The notes under the pieces were generated by a model that made no database searches, was not told where the DNA came from, and saw nothing but the letters and a program-made list of their open reading frames with translations. A program made the position numbers and the translations under genes. DNA of 64,000 bases from Balanoglossus misakiensis (lineage: Eukaryota > Animalia > Hemichordata), in assembly GCA_040954595.2 (NCBI GenBank), contig CM082582.2:11461483-11525482 (forward strand), written 5' to 3'. This document shows, piece by piece, positions 1 through 12,794 of the stretch (the first letter of the stretch is position 1; each line of letters opens with the position of its first letter).

Positions 1-1835
1 GCTTTGATCAGATAGCAAATACAACCCTGAAACCGTGTAACCACAAGTAAGTTCATTTTTGTCATCGTTGTTGATTTTTTAGGCCTTTCAATTGGAGCAC
101 TCATATTTGAACATTTGGGCAGACACAGCAATAATGGTTTTGTTTTTTGTTGCCACAGGGGACTATGCATGGATTGTGCAATGCAGGTGGAAACCTGCCC
201 ACTGTGCAGAACTTACATTTCAATACGTGTACAAGAAGAAAACCGGCCGTCGTAGCAGGAGATATCCCCTTCAGTCACTGAGCCACAGTTTCTACAGAGA
301 GGAACTTGGTCAATTTACATGGATGTGAGCGTGTTTGAGCGTTTTGTACAAACTGTGCCCATAACCCCCCCCCCCCCCCCCTCCCGTTTACGATTGATAC
401 AGTACATCTGCACTAGTTTGAATCTGGGCACTTTTTTGGCTGAGATGCAGCTGCAGTGCCAACCCTCTTTTTGACCAGTTGAACCTGTGAATATTTTATG
501 AACGTGTGCCAGTAGACCAGTGCTGCTCCCGGTCACGTAAAATTTACTTCTTTGTGAAGAGCCATTTTCTGATCTATCAACTTTCTCCTGCCTTGTCGAA
601 TGCATGCACTCTCCTTCCCAAGAGACACAAAAATTATCTTCCTAATAGTGAAGAGCATTTTAGGGGAGGCATCCATTATCTTATTCAATTATGGTCTCAG
701 TTCCACATAAATAAGAAAATAGGTGTTTTCTTTGTGGGTCATTTTTCATTTGTACAATGGTTTGATAGTTTCCTAAACAAAAAAACAACAACAAAGTAAC
801 TGAGCTACAGTTATACTTAAATATTATTTCATGTACAGCACGTGTTAAAATGAATCAATTTGAATTTTTTGGCATGTGTTGTAAAAAACTTTGGTGTTTG
901 ACTGTTCTGTGGACTGCTGCTCATTTTGCTGAGTTTACTGTGTGTGATCTCCCAGTAAAATTCCTACCACCAGAGACAACCTGTCATCTCACCTGGAAAA
1001 CAAAAAATCGTGTATGTTCATGTCATTATTTACAAGTTTGTTGTGAAAAAAAAAAAATGGTTGGTGCCAAAATGTATATGTACTTGATATACTTGCTTAT
1101 ATTTCCTGTACTGTTCTGTGTCATGTTCAACTTCCCAGTAGAAATTTACTGGAACCTTACTCTGAAATATGTCCATTATGATATCGCCTTCACCATTATC
1201 TCTTTTGATTCATTTTCACTTGTAGACAATAGTGAAGTCAGGAATTTACTACAAAGGGAAAAACTTTATCCGTTTATCAAACTTGTTTTCATGTGCTTTA
1301 AACATGTATTTTCTCCAGGCTAATAATTCCACAGATATCCTACATTGAAACAGGCAACAGATTTTATAAACTGTACTATGTCCATTTTTGTAATAATCAG
1401 AGATAATATAGAGATTTTATTTAGTTGTCAAGAGAGAGAGAGACGAGGAGGTAACTTTCAGTGTCAGCAAACCGACCCTGCTGGGTAATACAGATATGAC
1501 TATTCAATATGATAACAGATCATTAATTCTAGTAAACATTTGCAAAGAGTGCTAATATCAATATCGCATTGTTTATTCCTTACAGTCAAATAGTAAAAAA
1601 AGATAACATTAATTTATGTATCCAGACCTGTCTTTGAAGAATTTTGTTTTCCTAATGGAAGTCTGGCATTTTTACATGCCTGACCCACTCTGTGTCATTT
1701 TCAACCCCTCACAAAAAAAATGAATTACCATGATTGACAGATTTACATTTGATATCATATTTTATCGGGACACTTGGTCATTTCTTGTATATTTGAATTT
1801 TATTGTATAGCTCCTATGCCTAATCAATAAAAACA
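1..1835 (+). other. Possible long 3' UTR of a plus-strand gene lying left of the window
   Basis: AT-rich, CpG-poor, T-rich non-coding tract with AATAAA at ~1826-1831, after which CpG density rises abruptly. No coding evidence. Confidence 0.35.
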
Positions 1836-2608
1836 TTTTTTCCTTAAGAAACTGTGATGGCTTTGGATGAGTTCTTTCCGTGCGTTAGTTCAGTCTTAAC
1901 GTCATCTTCCCGGAAACAGAGCAAGGCCCACAGCAAAAGTAGACGTGAGGATTATTTTTTTTCAGACTACCAACTGAGGGCGCAATTTTTTTAGACCACT
2001 GGCGTGGCACTCCGAAATCGAGACTGCGGTCAACGTGAATCGGGTTCGCTGAATGTTGGGAAATATTGAGCTGAAAACTTCTATAGTGGCTTGTGGCATG
2101 GAGGAAATGCCTGGTCTTGTGCCGTCTCTGCTTTTGCAGGTAAGTAATTTTACTTCTGGCACACTTCTTTAAGTTTAATCCACCGAAATACGAACCACGT
2201 CCTCGAATACGCCTTCAGACTTCGTCATACAGAAGACACGCTGAAGGTATATCGAAATGAACTTTGGCGCCACGGTCCATCAATTAGGATGCAACATCTG
2301 GAACGAGCTTTTGTTTCTCTCCGGAGAAATGTCAAAGGTTATGCCATTCATGCACCTCTTGTACACCTGTTTGAAGAGTGACTGGTCAACGGAACTGACC
2401 AATCAAAACCAATATTACAAGACCGCTGAACATAAGCTCGGAATCAAAGTCAAACTAACACCTTGGACTGCAACTGATGGTCTGAAGTGTTCAAAATCTA
2501 TACGTCCCCTCTATAAAAAACAACAACAACTCGTTTTAATACAAAATATTTACTTTATTGAAATGAGCCAACCAACGGCAAAATCTTAATAATGGAAAGC
2601 ACACATAA

Positions 2609-4333
2609 TTAGCGTGGTTTTATCATCATAAACCTGCGGATTGACGATGGCACCGAGTATCCGAACATTTCGTAGTCCAGGCGATAAAAGTCGACTAGTC
2701 TCGACATGACATCCGGCGTCAGGGTCCCGTAATATTCATCGAAGTTTGCCGCCGCTCGCGATTGGTGGACGGCGGGGAAGTTGACGACCTCGTCCAATCG
2801 GAGCTTTGATAGCACGTACTTTGCGTCCGGGGATAGCGTCTCGTAGTGTCCGATAACTGTATAGCTGACATCACAGACCAGGCCGACTCGATACTGTGGC
2901 ATCCAATGATGCGTCATCCCGTTGATGCTACTGCCGTTGCCGGCATCGATCACCAACTGCACAAACTCAGAAAACGTGACATTCAGCCAACCCTGTCCCC
3001 CGTCACTTATTCCGTCTCTGCTTTTCCTGCCGTAAATTTTATCGTAAGAGTTTTTCTCGTCCCTGAATTTCTTTACTATTTTCTTTCCGTATGCCTTTTC
3101 ATATAGCCGTTGCACGTTCGTGTGAGGGGTGAATTTCCCCAGGTAGGCCGAAAGTAGTCTTTCCAGCGGCTCTCTGACGAAAATGAACACAACATATCGC
3201 TGTAGTCTGTAAGCGGACTCTTCCATCGTCCTGCAATGGCTGAGCACCTTGCTTCGACTGAAGTGTTCTCCAATGATAAGCCTCCAGGTGTGCGACGCGA
3301 CTTTTGGCATCAAAGAATAAATAAACTTGTACTGGTCGTTGTAAATGAGATTCCAATAATGAGAGTTCGGATTGCTCTTGTCGATTATTCTAGTGATTCC
3401 GTATTTTCCGCAGGTGTGGCTAATTCTGCTCCTGCGTTTTATATTTTCTTGGTGCGTGTCGTAGAGGCCCCCTTCTCTGACTGTCTGTTGTGTCTAAAGA
3501 CCAGAAAACACGTTCAAGCAGAAAATGAGAATCAGAGTTATAGCAGTGTTATTGGATAATATTTTTTTTAATTATGAAGGATTCAATCTCTGTCGGACTG
3601 AAATGAATATCTCCTTACCTGTAAATGCCCTCTCTGGGAAATAGTTGTATTTTCTTCATCTATGAAATAAATATAAATTTTGTAAGATTTTGTTAAAATA
3701 TGCAAAAAGAAAATCCTAGTAAAGTAGCAACCAGCATGCAGTGTTGGTCCCAGCCACATTGCAGCACGAAAATATCAAAAATTATAACTTTAATACATTT
3801 TACGGCAACTATCATACCATGCAGATAAAGATTTGTCTTAAATGTATAGATACGATACTGGTGTCAGAGAAACTTTTACAAGGTGAACTATAATAGTCCG
3901 GTCAAACTGTAAAGTTCTTTTCATGATTCTTATAACGAGCTTTACGAGACCCTTTCAGCATCTGGTTGAACTCTTGCTGTTCAAATTGGCTCAACAAACT
4001 GTAACAGCTTCCTGTTTCGATGTCGACAATTTAAACAAATTGAATACATATCGCACTAAATTTAACGTAAGTATTGCCACAGACGTCTGTTTGCTTTTAA
4101 TTAAAACTAGAGCTATACAGAAGAGGCGTCCTAATTTTACGTGCTGATGATAACCCTCAGAACGCCAAATTTCCGCTGTCAAAACGTTAAAACCGTTTTA
4201 CTAGTAAGAGTTTTACATATACATGTACATACATACCGTTATTTTTTGCTTTACGGTACAGTAGTGTCAGGATACCAGCTGTGACCACTATATTGATGAT
4301 GACAAACTTCTTTAGGCTTAGCCTGACACACAT
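2609..4333 (-). CDS. Golgi carbohydrate sulfotransferase, CHST8-14/HNK-1ST (Sulfotransfer_2) family, ~340 aa, type II membrane protein
   Basis: Exons 4333-4237, 3659-3619, 3493-2609, all GT-AG and in phase (1023 nt). N-terminal anchor KKFVIINIVVTAGILTLLY; 5'-PSB motif YKFIYSLMPKVASHTW; 3'-PB motif FVREPLERLLSAY; HWMPQ, GHYETL and C-terminal YRLDYEMFGY are typical of the family. Minus-strand AATAAA at ~2554-2559. Confidence 0.9.
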
Positions 4334-5581
4334 TTTGTCCACGTGGTTGTGAATAATAATCAGCCGGCCTACAGTCGTCCACACTCGGGGGACAGCCCCA
4401 CTTTGTTCGCAATCCACTTTCCCACCAGTAACAACGGAATGGACTTCAAAATCCAAGTTTGGCTGTAAAAGTCTGAGGAAACCCGATCAGAGAGCGATGT
4501 GTGATTGTTGAAGGACAAATCCCGGCGTGTGTTCAGTGGAATTGGTATCATCTGGCAAGTTGACAGCAACGGTTTTGCGGCAAAGATACTCGCCACGGCT
4601 TTGGCTATGTACACAATGTTGACATTGGCTGTTTAAAAGTCTGAACGGACCCGATAGAGATGAAAATCGGACTTATAGTTGAAGAAGAAGAAAAAAACGG
4701 ATACCGGCAAAAGACCGTTGAAGGTTAACGACCGAAATGAAAAGTGGTAGATGACACGTAGGCGTCATTTTATTGAGTTCTGACGTCTGACATCCGTTCT
4801 CACATGAGGGCGCTCTGAATTGCCATGCAATGTGTCACGTAACTAGCAATGTCACTTTTATTGTATTATGGGTATTTTAATTTGCTGAGATAGCAATATT
4901 CTGCTTTTGTATTCCTTGTGTTGTTTTATAAAAAGCTAATACTGTTTCCAAGGCCGCTAGCGCATAAAACAGTGCTGCTGTTGAAACATCCGGTATCTTG
5001 GGGTCATGCGCAATGTATAGGATGGTACTTGGGGATATGACCTTGAGATGATTCTAGACGTGACAGTAAAGAGACCGCCCACTGAAAAAAATATATATGT
5101 ACACAAACACACACATATATGTTAAAAATTGAATTTTAAGTCCGAAATCGGAACCATTAATTTTGGCAATACATGTAATGGTCTTTTTTCCACACAAGCT
5201 GTGTTTACAAGCAACAGACTGGATAGTATGTGGGATCATATTGAACAAACTGAAAAGAAAATCGCAGGGATTATGTTATTTACACTTCTTTGCTTCGTTC
5301 AGAATAGAAATAATATTTACATCTGTCTGCAACACCAGTTTTCTATGTACACTCTGTAAATATAAACCACTGACACGATTCCATAGTTATGCGCTATAGT
5401 TATCGATACATTAAACAGACATGTCAGTGTTTCCATTTATAAAAAATGTGGGGATATGCAATCTCAAATACATTGAATGTAGAGGACAGGTAGTTCAGAT
5501 CTGTTGCGGTCACGTGGGTACATTGATTCCATCGCGAGAGAGATGATGTTCGTGGCGGAAAAAATGTTACGTTGCTCCGCG

Positions 5582-8500
5582 CTACCTCCGCGGATATCTT
5601 TGCGGTGACGTAATCACCTCGTCATAAGACGGAGGCGGCGTCATAGGAATCTCCGGCAGGTCTCGAGTTACGTTCGCATTCGGCACAGGTCGGTTACTTA
5701 TCGGAGGGTTCGAATTCGCAGCGGGAAGCGAATTTCCATTGACAGCGAAAGGCAGGTGTAAATCGCTCCCAGCGTTCGATGGAGGATAGACACCGCTGTT
5801 GGCAACCGCTGGAGGAAAATGGCTACCACCCGCATTTTGGGGTGTATTGGAAAGACCTCCCGTGATGGGCGGGACGTGAGGCAATGGCGGCGGGTATGCA
5901 CTTGATGGAGGGTATACGGAGTTCGCTGCTCCTGTCGGAGGGTGTGTACCACCGCCGTTGTAAGGGGGCGCGGTGGGAGTGAGTCCCCCCAGCGGCCGAT
6001 GAGAGTTTCCCGGCTGCTGCGGTCTGAAATTTGTATGTAGATCACCATACCTGTAATGACAAAAAAATTAAAATACTAGTAACAGTTTTCATAAACTTTG
6101 TGAAGATTCTGGAACAGAAGGAATGAAGATCTTATTTCGCGAAACAACAACAGCAACAGTAATTTTGCACTAATATTATACTTTTGAAACTTGGTATTGA
6201 CAAACGTTTGGGATTCCATAAAATAATGAATTTTTAAGAAGGTGATGTGTCCTTACGTTGGTGGTAAATCCTGCCGCCTGTTGGCCGACCATGCTTCGTT
6301 TGATGTCGCTTGCGCAGGCGCGGCCATGGGCGCAGTTGTCGACGCTTTGTAATTCTTGTAACAGCAGATACCAATGACGGCAAAAATAGCCACGACGACA
6401 ACAGCGGCGACGATGCCTCCAACGTCTGAAACGAGAAGTTATATATGATATCACGGAATTCGTTATTGTCTTCATTATCGCCTCAACGAAACGTGACAGT
6501 ACTGTTGGAAGCCTAGACCACTTTCAATACTAGATACAGAAATAGAGGTTCACTCACTTATTATTTTGCAACCAGACTCATCATCGGAACCATCGCCGCA
6601 GTTGTTGTAACCGTCACACACCAAGGTTCGGGAAATGCATCGGTATGTCGAGTGACAATAAAAATCGTAGTCGTTGGTGCAACTTCCATCTGTCGGAGTA
6701 AAAAAGACGTCGTAAACAACCGACCAGGTTTTGCATCGAAAGGATATGTCAGAAAAACAGAGACAGGGGAGATTATTGATCAACACAATCAGGGATAAAC
6801 TTACACGAAGTGTAGTACAGAGTATACACCGCCCTGAATCCCGTGTAGTCGCCTGTGTTGATGCCACTCAGCGGTGACCTGACGGTGAATTGTACGGTCA
6901 GTCCGTCGCTTGACGTGTACTGCGCCGCCACCGAGTCGTAGTTGCAGAATTCGCCAATCTTGGTGTATCCGCCTTTGATGACGACAATGTCGCCGAATGG
7001 GTCTGAACAATCTAAGACGAGGGGGGAACAGATGCCATACATGAATATCATCTTCTCGTGCCCCACCAAAAGTTTGAACTGAAGTTGCCAAAAATTCAAA
7101 ATAGTCTCAACCAAGTGTCAAATCCCGCCCTCTATCCCAGTGATCGATAATCTCACTCACCAAAATTGTTGTAAATGTCGATGTGCGTAAACCTGACGTA
7201 AATGTCTGTGTAGGAACCGACCTCGTTCAAAGTCAAGGAGCAGTTTGCCTCGTCTTCGTATGACGTCACTGGGTATGCGTCGTGAGAGATAAGCTCTCCC
7301 CCAAACGAAGTGACAATGTCAGACGAATCGCAAACTGAAAGAAAAGAAGTACCGCTCAGTTATTTTACAATCTAACAGCTACTACAGACTATCAAAAATC
7401 ATAATTTTTTTTTATAAATTTTTGATAAAAAATGTGTAAATTGATATAGTTGTGATTGATATTGCTTTGCACACCTGATATGGTCGTCCCACGTGACCCA
7501 CCACCAACAGCCGCGTACGAGGCATAAAACCCTTGTCTGGTTACGGAGCCATCCGTGTCAAACTCCAAGAAAAGACTCTCGTGCGAGGACGTGATGTCTG
7601 GGGGCGTGCTACCACTATATTCTCCGAAAAGCGGCGCTGATTTGCTGCTGCCATCGTAGATGCTGAGGTGATCGCAACAACTTTCAAACTCAAATAAGGC
7701 AAACTGCAACTGAAAAACGAGATGTAGAGACGATATTATCACGCACACTCCAAGCATTCTCGCCACTTCGCTGAGTCAGAGTCTACCTCCACTTCACTTT
7801 TTCAGGCAACTCAGAAACGGTTGTCGTAAAAAGGTCGTGGTTTACGAAAACTGTGCTACTAAATTAGTACAAGGTGACTCAATGCAATTTAGCCTTGACC
7901 GCTGTATATTTTACGGAAGGAAATACTTACTAATATCCGATAATTGCTTGGTACTGTTATGAGCCAGGTACAGTAGGCATTGTTGCCGTAGTTACCTGGA
8001 TAATTTGGCGAAGCAACAATTCCAGCTGACCCAGAAAAGTGGCCGCCACAGGTTCCAATTTCTGTAAATGAATGAATGAATGAATGAACGAACTCAGTTC
8101 TGTCTCGTATTTTTCCAAAACATTTAGATTAAAGTTATTTTCTGTCTTTCTCCGGTATAGGCCTACCTTGAGTAGAAACAGCTGTGTACGAAGCATAGAA
8201 TCCCTGCCTGGTGACCGACCCGTCAGAGTCGAACTGCAAGTACAGGTTCCCGGACGAGGACGTGATGTCTGGTGGCGCGCTGCCGCCGCTGTAGACTCCG
8301 AGGAGCGATGCTGTGTTGCTGCTTCCGTCGTAGATGCGCAGATGGTCACAGCAACTCTCCAGTTCAAACATGGTGAACTGCAGCTGCAATTAGACAGGTG
8401 AGCATCTCAGTTATCTTTATTCATGGTGATGCCGCTTGGTCGAAGGCTAACCCCCCCTGATCTCCCAAAATTACAGTTGGCCTAGCTCCTACAACTTTTG

Positions 8501-10016
8501 GTGTAGCTGCAGTGACTGTAAGGGGGTGTTGCTCCTATTGAATGACGTTGTCCATTGGGTTGTCGACCGACAACGTCATTTGCTGTAGCAAATAGACAGC
8601 TGCCGTAGAGTGCCGAGTTTATCGACAGTAGCCTGAGTAGGCCTATTACTTACAAAAATCAGGTTGCTCCCAGGTGCTGTGATGAGCCAAGTGCAGTAGG
8701 CGTGGTTACCATAGTAATTCGGATAATTTGGAGAGGCAATAACTCCTGCTGATCCCGAAAAGCCACCACCACAAGTTCCCTCTTTAAAAAAAATGTATTG
8801 GAAAGTCAAGGATGGAATGGTTGTGTGGGGATGGCAAGAGACAAACCAGAAATGTTTCCAGTTTCCTCTGTTCAAGACGTTGATCCGCCTGTGTCGGTGT
8901 CATTTAAATATTCACGTACCTGACATAGACCCGGGAGTATCCGACGCGCTGGCTATTTCCGTATACGATGCGTAGAACCCTTGCCTGGTCACTGAACCGT
9001 CGGAGTCGAACACCAGGAAGAGGTTACCGGACGAGGATGTTATCTCTGGCGGCGTGCTACCGCTGTACACCCCAATAGACGACGCATAGTTGCTGCTGCC
9101 GTCGAATATGCTCAGTTCATCACAGCAACTTTCAAGTTCAAATGTAATGAACTGCAACTGAAACAAGACATGCAGGCACGTGACAATCATATCAGACCAT
9201 CAGACACCATTTTACATATCTAACATATCAGATGAAAGGATCAACTTGCGAACGCACATCTGAGACATTTTAGGTATAGATTTCATTATTTTGGTCTGGA
9301 AGTTGATTACTTTCTTCTGGACTCCAAAACCAGTTACCTTTATAAAGGAGTACGGCATTGACGACGACCTTTGATGTCATATGACTGTCACAATTGACAG
9401 TACTTGCTCTAACCTTGACATTAATGTAAAAAGGGGGAAATTTATTTATTGAAATACTTACAAATAATACATTTTGACTAGATGCTGTTATGAGCCAAGT
9501 GCAGTAGGCGTTGTTGTCATAGTAACTAGGGTAATTTGGCGAGGCAATAACACCAGATGACCCCGTGAACGTACCGCCACATGATCCGATAGTTCTTTTC
9601 TCTGGAAATATATAAATTCAAAATAAATAAATAAATAAATAAATAATTAGACAAATAGGCTAAATGCATAAATTAATGACGTCAGAGGTTGACTGTGTCA
9701 CAAAACAACATCATGCGCAGACGTTTTCCAAAGATGTGGAATCTGCACGGACGACGGTTGAGTGACGTAATATCACAAACAAATGCACATCAGCAAGTGA
9801 ACACCCGAGTTATTTCACAGCCTACACACCTCTGTCTTGATGTTCCTGATTGGCCGTGTCGGTTTCGTCTTCAGACAAAATGAGTGCGTGTACATCCTTG
9901 TCTCCAAGACCTTCAGCGAGCAGGAGGAGGACAATTGCGAGGATTAAAAGTGCACCTGGAAACTTTTTACCACAGTCCCTCCATGATGGAGGGACCGTGG
10001 GTTTACTTGCTCCCAT
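5582..10016 (-). CDS. R1: SP - CUB x3 - divergent CUB - LDLa - TM - Pro-rich tail with PTAP and PPxY (~808 aa)
   Basis: Exons 10016-9830, 9601-9462, 9157-8920, 8781-8654, 8383-8167, 8061-7931, 7709-7475, 7334-7161, 7011-6805, 6689-6558, 6425-6257, 6050-5582; all GT-AG, frame open (2427 nt). CUB motifs CGG..G.IASPNYP..Y.NNAYCTW and FELESCCD..FDSDGSVTRQGFYASY; LDLa CHSTYRCISRTLVCDGYNNCGDGSDDESGC; TM VGGIVAAVVVVAIFAVIGICCY; tail PTAPPY and PPPSYDEVI. The start codon is less certain. Confidence 0.88.
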
Positions 10017-11394
10017 CTGGGCCAGCTTCAGCTTTTGATGATTGGGACAGATCAACGCGTTGTATGTCTCTGTCGGTGTGAGTCAATGCCACCAGATGTC
10101 TGAAAATAAGATGTAATCATTTCGCTGATCAGTGGAATGAGTGAGTGAGTGAGTGAGTGAGTATTGAGTGAGTGACCTCAGTTATCATCGAGTCGGACAG
10201 TTCACAGAGACTTACTGCGTCAATTTGACAAATACCACCTCCATATCTCCCCGTACTATCCTGTGGAGAAAGGGACACTTGTAACTCATACGATGGCATT
10301 GGATATGTTGCTCTTTCCCCACGATGCACATGCATCCAACTTACTGGGCAGTCCACTTTTGTCGCACTATGCTGTGGCGCCACAAGACAACATGTCGGCC
10401 GTTTGTTTGCAACACAGTCGGTCAAAAGCTGTTTTCCCCAGTATAGTCCGTCAAACTATCGGTCAAAGACTTCTTTGAAGCACAGTCCCTCTTTCACGTA
10501 CTGCAGCGGTCATGCTGTCTTGACTACTTTCGTTTAGAATGACGGAAAATTTTGACTTGTCATGGAAACCAGAGTTGACACCAACCTATGAATAATTCAT
10601 CAGGTGGTTTTGATGTCTGGGGAATCGTCTTCAAGTTTTGCTGCTGCGTTTAGTCTATGGACAGCGTCATAACAGTGTTTCACACAGTGTCATAAGAGCT
10701 TTATACTCACTCCAGCATTCCGCGACGACCCGATTGTCACTTCTTAGTTGAAATAACTAATCACAAAACAGTTTTGGGAAGTTATCTGTGGACAGCAACA
10801 CTTCATTGTACCCGATTACGCGCCAGTATCGTAAAGTATTTGACGTCAGGGAGCCAAGGGCATATTTGTGTCCACGTCTCGTTCCGCAACAATCGATACT
10901 TTCGTTCGCTGTTGCGTAATGCGCCCGAAGTCGTCGTCATATTGATGAGTGTGCGTCCATGCCAACCAATAGAAAGCTTTGATCTGCCAATGGTGTATGG
11001 AAGGGGACATAAAAGAACGACCCGACTTAAAACACTATGCTTTGTGACATTGTTTAACACACTTGAAACCCCACCTCATCCGGTCCAGAATGTCGACAGT
11101 TAAACGTAACGAGTAATACGGTAGACCCTTGAGTAACGAATACGGGTTTATTCTGATAGCTGCTTTAAGTAATGGCGTCACTTCTTCAGCATATTCGACA
11201 CAAACGTTTGAATGTAATTACATGTATTTTATTAAAGACGGTGCAAAAGTACGTACACAAAGTACGTACGCTTAAACTAAATATGTACAATACACAATCA
11301 TAACATTTATTGTGAAATAAGGAATGAAAACGCAAACGGCAGGAAAACTTTGACTTTTCGTAAAATTTCTTTTCATTCACTGATCCAAATGACG

Positions 11395-12751
11395 TCACGA
11401 GTAATTTCCGGATACAGCTTCTTCATACGATGGCGGCGGGGGGACGTCACTCGCGTGTGATACTTCAGGCGGAGGGGGCGGGTAGGCCAGACATGCGGCG
11501 TCTTCGAACTGGTACGGGTGGGTCTGGCCAGGCTGCGTCGTTATCGGCGGCAGGACTGGCGGACCGGAAGTCGAGTTGTTACCCGGAAGCTGGGCGGCCG
11601 GACTCCTTTCCAATGCCGGCAGTTGGTTGGACGCACCTGTGTTGTTTTTCGACGAGGATCCTGCGGTCAGCTGTGAGACACTGTTGAGTAATAAGAGCAT
11701 GAATGTCAGTAAGGCTGCGAGGATGAGAATGCAATGGTGCTGTTTATGCGTATATACAGAAGATCAGGTCAGAGGTAAAAATGCACAGAATGCTTCCTTA
11801 CGTGGGATCACTTCGGGATTGAGCCAAATTGGGTGCTGAGTTAGTGCGCGATGCTGTTTGCGGTGCCGATGCTGGGGAATTTTCTCCTTCGGGTGTCGAC
11901 GGTGGGGACGGCCTTGGTGGTGGTGGTCGTGGCGTTACCGAGGATTGGTGCCGTTTGCTGGCGTGGTGGCGATGGACGGAATACATGACGAAGAAGACAG
12001 CAACGCCCCCAATGATTCCACCGATCATAGCACCATTACCTCCTGAAAAAGAACACACATACAATTGTAATATAAGCACATGGCCACTATAGACAAGTGA
12101 CCACTTTATAGAGGTGGCCATTAACACAGGTTTGACTGTACAGGTACAATACCCCTTCTCCTGGGTATACTCCAACGATAAAACATGTTACTCTATGATA
12201 TTGAAGAGATTTAGAACAAATTTACAGTTCATTATCTCACCTTCTTCCTTGACTTCACAGTACAATTCATCGCTTCCATCAGGGCAGTGGTCGTGACCAT
12301 CGCACGCCAAAATATCCGATATACAGTGACCTAGGTCACAGTAATACTCGCCTGCGCTATTGCATTCTGAGCCAATGGCTGCAAAACAAACACGTGGGAG
12401 TGTAAATAAATTCAGCTTGTTTTGAAGAAATAATCACATTTCTCTTCGATGCTTGATAGGAGCGTCTGTCTCTCTGCCCACTCATTCATTCATTAAGCGA
12501 GAAGACCATGTACTCACCATAATAAAACTGGACATACGTTCCCTCAAAGCCGCTGTGTTGGCTCCATGGCCATACGGTGACATTGAACTCTAACCTTGCT
12601 TCAGACGTCATTTCACTGTTTGTTTCTGTTTGACTGCTGTCATCTCCACAGAACACGTTTTCGTGGAGATCATTGGTGATGATGAGAACGTCACCATTGT
12701 CACAACCTGTGGATAAAAAGTTCAAGGTTTCTTATCATTCTTTTTGGCATC

Positions 12752-12794
<43 letters not shown>

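Noticed and set aside
92-2589. Several 60-160 aa ORFs at the left end
   Set aside because: No recognisable domains or coherent splice structure; AT-rich UTR-like sequence.
4457-4662. Short imperfect duplication (TTGGCTGT..AAAAGTCTGA..ACCCGAT) upstream of the sulfotransferase ATG
   Set aside because: Only two ~40-bp degenerate copies, with no evidence of function.
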